A DNA stretch of 63,445 nt, filler included. It is 7 parts of 7 records of this genome, joined end to end, with 100 filler letters (N's around TTAATTAATTAA, not from the genome) between each part and the next. Parts side by side here need not be neighbours in the genome. Positions count along the whole stretch, not along the records: positions 58,220 to 63,445 come from SRR31147125_8694; 6 more parts are not named here. One strand, given 5' to 3'. Of the stretch, positions 58,220-63,445 are shown piece after piece. The notes below the pieces were generated by a model. That model saw only the letters and a program-made list of their open reading frames with translations, searched no databases and was not told the DNA's origin. The position numbers and the translations under genes were made by a program. The stretch's first letter is position 1, and each line of letters starts with the position of its first letter.

Positions 58220-60657
58220 CCCATTACCAAAATGACCGTTCAAGAGATCGTGGATAAGGTGTTGACACTGCCTGAAGGTTCAAAAATTCAAATATTGGCA
58301 CCGGCATATCGTCAACGAAAGGGTGAATTTCGGGAATTCTTTAATCAATTGAAGAAAGATGGCTTTTTACGAGTTCGGGTTGATGGCAAAATACAGCAAC
58401 TTTCGGATATAAAAACACCTGAACGCAACAATAAGCATGATGTTGATGTTGTTATTGACAGATTGGTCATAAACAATGACGTTCAGCAGAGATTAACTGA
58501 AAGTATTGAACTAGCCCTGAAATACGGGAATGGTAACGTTTTAATCCATGAATCTGCCTCTTTAGAACATCGTTTTTCGGAAAATTTCATTTGTCCGGAC
58601 CATCCCGAAGTGAATCTGGAAGAATTAACTCCCCGAATGTTCTCTTTCAATTCTCCCATCGGTGCTTGTCCCGCCTGTAACGGACTGGGATTCCAAATGG
58701 AATTTTCCCGGATCTTGTTGTGCCGGATAAATCGAAAAGTTTATTGCAAGGTGCATTGACACCTATCGGGGAACAGCCCAAGGGCACATATTACGGAAAT
58801 GTACTCAAAGGATTGGCTGAGAAGTACAATTTCAAGTTTTCGACCCCATGGTACCAGTTAAACAAAGAAGTGCAGGAGATCCTGCTTTATGGTACAAGAG
58901 GGCGGAAACTGGTGATCGATTATCAGGGAAAGAACTGGAGCGGTCAATATACGGGTGGATGGGAAGGCGTGATCCCCAATTTGAAACGCCGTTATCATCA
59001 AACGAATTCAGCCTATATACGTGAACAGATCGAGAAATATATTTCCCAGCAGACATGTCGTGTTTGCGGTGGTTCACGACTGAAACGCATTTCAACTTCA
59101 GTTCTGATCGGCGGAAAGAGTATTGATGATCTTGAACGCATGTCCATTAAACAGGCTTTAAAATTTATTCGCGGTTTAAAATTGACCGATAATGAAAAGA
59201 TCATTGCAGAACAGATCCTAAAAGAAATGAATCAACGATTGGGATTTCTTGAAAATGTAGGTCTGGATTACCTGACCTTGAATCGCTCAGCCGGCACCTT
59301 GTCCGGTGGAGAAGCGCAAAGGATAAGGTTGGCTACGCAGATCGGTTCGCAGTTGATGGGTGTGATGTATATTCTTGATGAACCGAGTATAGGTTTGCAT
59401 CAGCGTGACAATATCAAGCTTCTCGAAACCCTTAAAGGACTGCGGGATCTTGGAAATTCGATCATAGTCATTGAACATGATCAGGAAACCATGGAAGAAG
59501 CCGATTGGATCATCGATATTGGCCCCGGTGCCGGTATTCATGGTGGAAAAGTGGTTTGTGAGGGCACGCCAGCCAAGGTGATGGCTTGCAATAAATCGCT
59601 GACCGGTCAATATTTATCAGGAAAAATGAAGATCGAAGTCCCGGAAGAACGCAGAAAAGGCAATGGAAATTATTTAAAGCTTTTCGGTGCAGAAGGAAAT
59701 AATTTAAAGAAAGTAAGTGCGGAAATTCCTTTGGGAACCATGACTTGTATAACCGGTGTCAGTGGCTCGGGTAAGAGTACCATGGTCAATGAAACTCTGG
59801 TACAGATCTTAAATCGTGATCTGATGCATGCCAAGGGTACTCCGCTGAAATATGAACATGTCGAGGGTAAAGAACATCTCGATAAGATCATTAATATTAC
59901 ACAATCTCCAATCGGACGTACGCCCCGATCGAATCCGGCGACCTACACGGGTGTCTTTACCTATGTTCGGGAGCTGTTTGCATCTTTACCGGAATCAAAA
60001 CTACGCGGTTACTTGCCGGGACGTTTTTCATTCAATGTGAAAGGCGGACGTTGCGAATCATGTAGCGGTGATGGAGTTAAAAAGATCGAAATGCACTTTT
60101 TATCCGATGTTTACGTGACTTGCGAGGTCTGTAAAGGCAAACGTTATAATCGAGAAACTTTGGATATTAAATATCGCGGTAAAAATATCGCTGAAGTGTT
60201 GGATATGACGGTGGAAGAAGCCCTAAAATTCTTTAAGAATCATCCAAAAATAAAGAAAAAACTTCAAACCTTGTATGATGTTGGGCTTGGATACATCCAT
60301 TTAGGTCAACAGGCAACTACACTCTCGGGTGGTGAAGCTCAGCGAGTCAAATTGGCAACCGAATTAAGTCGTATGGGAACAGGAAAAACCTTATACGTGC
60401 TTGATGAACCAACGACAGGTCTACATTTTGCCGATGTACACATGCTTTTGGAAGTACTGAATAAATTGGTTGAAAAAGGCAATACGGTTCTGATCATTGA
60501 ACATAATATGGATATGATAAAATCTGCCGACTGGATCATTGATCTTGGTCCTGAAGGCGGTGATATGGGTGGAAAGATACTGGTTAGCGGAACTCCGGAA
60601 ACAGTAGCGGTACACAAAGGCTCTTATACGGGAAAATACTTAAACAAAGCGCTGTAA
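58220..60657 (+). CDS. uvrA: Excinuclease ABC subunit A, 5'-truncated, with a 1-nt deletion at 58703-58709
   Basis: FSFNSPIGACPACNGLG, two LSGGEAQR motifs, GVSGSGKST, PIGRTPRSNPATY and a CxxC zinc finger. Confidence 0.97.
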
Positions 60658-62111
60658 ATGAAAGAAAAGCTAAGATATGATGTTGTGATCATTGGTGCGG
60701 GTGTTATCGGCACTGCGATAGCGTCAAATCTGTCAAAATATGATTTGAAGTTATGTGTGATCGAGAAAACCAATGATATTTCCAACGGAGCTTCAAAAGC
60801 CAATAGTGGGATAGTGCATGGCGGTTATGATGCAAAACCCGGTACACTGATGGCAAAGTTCAATGTTGAAGGCAATGCTATGTATCCGGAATTATGTGAA
60901 CGACTCGATGTTCCTTTCCGACCGATTGGATCCCTGGTGCTTGCATTTACCGATGAAGATATGAATACTCTGCAAGAATTGAAAAAAGGGGAGAGATCAA
61001 TGGTGTTCCCGGACTTGAAATACAGTCCGCTGATGCTGTGCTTGATAAGGAACCAAATCTGAATCGAAAGATCAAAGGTGCCCTTTATTCACCAACCGCA
61101 GGAGTGGTGAGTCCTTATGAACTGAGTATCGCTTTCATGGAACATGCCATGGATAACGCTGCGGCACTTCTATTGGAAAACCCGGTAATAAAAATTGAAA
61201 ACAGTACTTCAGGTTATAAAATACAAACAACTGATTATGAAATAGATAGCACTGTTGTGATAAACAGTTCCGGAGCTAATGCCGATAAGATCCATAACAT
61301 GGTTTTAGAAGCGGAATTCGAACTGAATGCACGACGTGGCGAATACTATTTAATGGATAAATATGCCGGAGATCATGTTAAGCATGTGGTCTTCCAATGT
61401 CCCAATGAACTGGGCAAAGGTATCTTGATCGCACCGACGGCTCACGAGAATTTGATCGTAGGTCCCAATGCTGAGGATGTGAAAGATCCCGAAGCTGTAG
61501 AAACAACATCAGCAGGACTTGAACAGGTATGGAATACAGCTCTTAAAAGTGTACCTGACTTACCGAAACATCAGGTGATCACCACCTTCTCGGGTATGCG
61601 GGCTGAACCGTCTACAGGTGATTTTATTATCAAAGATTACAAAAAAGCACCGGGTTTCATTGATGTGGCCGGTATTAAATCACCCGGATTGACCGCCGCA
61701 CCGGCAATCGGTAAATATGTTGCCGAATTGGTCGCTAAACATATAGTACTGAAAGAAAAAACGGATTATGAGTCCGCTCGTCGAAAAGTAGTGAGATTTC
61801 ATGAACTTTCTCACGAAGAAAAAGCCGAAAAGATCAAGGAAAATCCGCTTTACGGCAGGATCATATGTCGTTGTGAGGGTGTGACAGAAGCTGAGATAGT
61901 GGATTGTATCCATCGAAATGCCGGTGCAAGAACGCTTGACGGCGTAAAAAGACGAACACGCAGTGGCGGCGGACGTTGTCAAGGTGGCTTCTGTGCTCCA
62001 CGCATTATGGAGATACTTTCAAGAGAGCTAAATATTCCGATCGATGATGTTTGCAAGGAATCCAGCCGATCTAAAGTGATCGTAGCCGAAACCAAGGGAG
62101 GCAGCCAATGA
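60658..62111 (+). CDS. FAD-dependent oxidoreductase with a C-terminal BFD-like [2Fe-2S] domain (GlpA/LhgO-like); 1-nt deletion in the A-run at 60982-60987
   Basis: IIGAGVIG, SKANSGIVHGG, GIKSPGLTAAPAI and ICRCE...RTR.G.GRCQGGFC. Confidence 0.9.
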
Positions 62112-63355
62112 AAATGTATGATGTGATCTGCATTGGCGGCGGTCCTGCGGGCTTAGCTGCGGCCTTGGCGGCCAAAGAGAATGGTGCCGAAAAAGTATGT
62201 ATTGTTGAGCGAGATACTGAATTGGGCGGTATTTTGCAGCAATGTATTCACAATGGATTCGGATTACATACTTTTGGTGAAGATCTGACAGGTCCCGAAT
62301 ACGCTCAAAAATATATTGATGAGGTCGCCAAAACCGATATTGAGATCATGTGCGATACGATGGTTATGGAAATTGACGATAAACGCAATGTCTATACTAT
62401 AAATCCCGAAAAGGGATATCAAATACTGCATGGAAAAGCAATAATATTGACCATGGGCTGCCGTGAAAGAACGCGTGGCGCCTTGGCCATACCGGGGACA
62501 CGGCCGGTGGGAGTTATGACAGCAGGAACGGCCCAGCGATTGGTGAACATTGAAGGTTACATGGTTGGTAAGAAAGTAGTCATCCTCGGATCCGGCGATA
62601 TCGGACTGATCATGGCGCGGCGAATGACCTTGGAAGGTGCAAAAGTTTTGGCTGTTGCGGAATTGATGCCATTTTCCAGTGGATTGACCCGGAATATCGT
62701 TCAATGTCTTGAAGATTATGATATACCACTGCTATTACAACATACTGTGACCAATATTTACGGCAAAGACAGGGTAGAGGCGGTTGATATTTCCGAAGTA
62801 GATGATCATTTTAAGCCAATTCCCGGAAGCGAAAAACGATTTGAATGCGATGCTTTACTGCTTTCGGTTGGATTATTGCCCGAAATTGAATTGCCCTTTG
62901 CAGCAAATATCGTTCTTGATAAAAGAACACGCGGTCCGAAAGTGAATGAAGCCATGGAAACATCTATCCCGGGCATTTTTGCCTGTGGTAATGTCGCACA
63001 CGTTCACGATCTGGTAGATTATGTCAGTATAGAAAGCAAAAAAGCAGGTTTCTTTGCGGCTGAATTCGCTAAAGGCAATATTAAAGCCGGCAATGGTATT
63101 TGTTCTCTTGCAGGAGAAGGCATTTCTTATATTGTGCCACAGGAAATAAGACCTCAGAACTGCCAAAAAGACTTAGAACTGTATTTCAGAGTGAATAAAG
63201 TCTTTGATAATGTGATAGTCGTATTGAAAATCGATGATAAAGTGGTTAAAGAGGTCAAAAAACGACATCTGGCACCGGGGGAAATGGAACGCATCAAGAT
63301 CAAGCCGGAGGTGTTAATTGATGTGGGAAGTTTGCAGTTAGAGATTGTGACTTAG
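62108..63355 (+). CDS. NAD(P)/FAD-dependent oxidoreductase (partner of the BFD flavoprotein)
   Basis: IGGGPAGLAAA, GGILQQCIHNGFG, MGCRERTRG, ILGSGDIGLIMARR and GNVAHVHDLVD. Confidence 0.92.
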   Translation: MKMYDVICIGGGPAGLAAALAAKENGAEKVCIVERDTELGGILQQCIHNGFGLHTFGEDLTGPEYAQKYIDEVAKTDIEIMCDTMVMEIDDKRNVYTINPEKGYQILHGKAIILTMGCRERTRGALAIPGTRPVGVMTAGTAQRLVNIEGYMVGKKVVILGSGDIGLIMARRMTLEGAKVLAVAELMPFSSGLTRNIVQCLEDYDIPLLLQHTVTNIYGKDRVEAVDISEVDDHFKPIPGSEKRFECDALLLSVGLLPEIELPFAANIVLDKRTRGPKVNEAMETSIPGIFACGNVAHVHDLVDYVSIESKKAGFFAAEFAKGNIKAGNGICSLAGEGISYIVPQEIRPQNCQKDLELYFRVNKVFDNVIVVLKIDDKVVKEVKKRHLAPGEMERIKIKPEVLIDVGSLQLEIVT

Positions 63356-63364
63356 AATAAACTC

Positions 63365-63395
63365 AATTATGAATTATGGATTATAAATTATGAAT
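63365..63395. repeat. Short tandem heptamer repeat (AATTATG-like x4)
   Basis: AATTATG AATTATG GATTATA AATTATG AAT. Confidence 0.7.
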
Positions 63396-63416
63396 AGGCC
63401 ACAAAGCACACAGAAT

Positions 63417-63442
63417 GTCATCCTGAACGTAGTGAAGGATCT
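63417..63442 (+). repeat. REP-like palindromic element
   Basis: GTCATCCTGAACGTAGTGAAGGATCT, with an ATCCT/AGGAT stem. Confidence 0.55.
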
Positions 63443-63445
63443 ATT

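Noticed and set aside
1195..60987. About ten frameshifted genes (ftsH, pilT, FGase, RND, response regulator, ABC ATPase, GntR, HEAT-like, uvrA, flavoprotein) as programmed frameshifting, phase variation or pseudogenes
   Set aside because: Every break is a single-base indel in a short homopolymer, found in several unrelated contigs and in essential genes such as ftsH, with otherwise intact frames. This is the signature of sequencing error; read mapping would confirm.

Overview
This window is not one locus. It is seven unrelated sequence fragments joined by identical artificial 100-nt spacers (44 N + TTAATTAATTAA + 44 N) at 16423-16522, 26268-26367, 37074-37173, 44366-44465, 49871-49970 and 58120-58219. 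Taxonomic labels below are inferred from gene content and composition only. (1) 1-16422, Desulfobacterota-like: PPTase end, ftsH-folP-coaX, yggT-pilT-pilU-like-zinc ribbon, FadR/GntR, PilB/GspE ATPase plus HDOD protein, yigZ-nadE-FGase, and an mlaF(-GGDEF-like)-mlaD-mlaC cluster. (2) 16523-26267, Bacteroidota-like: nhaD, tamB, tsaD, sfsA, DUF4251, GH20 and B3/4. (3) 26368-37073: HI0933 flavoprotein, a 30-aa peptide plus a small membrane protein, TolC/RND/MFP efflux with an OmpR-type two-component system, aldo-keto reductase and an outer-membrane barrel end. (4) 37174-44365, Clostridia-like: BspA-LRR/M15-peptidase fusion and GntR-ABC. (5) 44466-49870, Clostridia-like: glycyl-radical activase tail, an atypical 591-aa ROK-like kinase, LytTR/AgrC-like pair and ABC ATPase. 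(6) 49971-58119, Clostridia-like: GH94, GH1, tautomerase, HEAT-like protein, methyltransferase, TetR-MATE, Cys-rich protein and a putative leader RNA. (7) 58220-63445: uvrA and two flavin oxidoreductases. About ten genes are broken by single-base indels in homopolymer runs, most likely sequencing errors. I saw no CRISPR array, rRNA, tRNA or transposase. The best candidates for undescribed biology are the activase/ROK-like kinase pair, the MlaF-degenerate GGDEF fusion, the agr-like two-component system with a LytTR box in front of a non-agr ATPase, the 30-aa Cys-terminated peptide with its membrane partner, and the LRR-M15 fusion.
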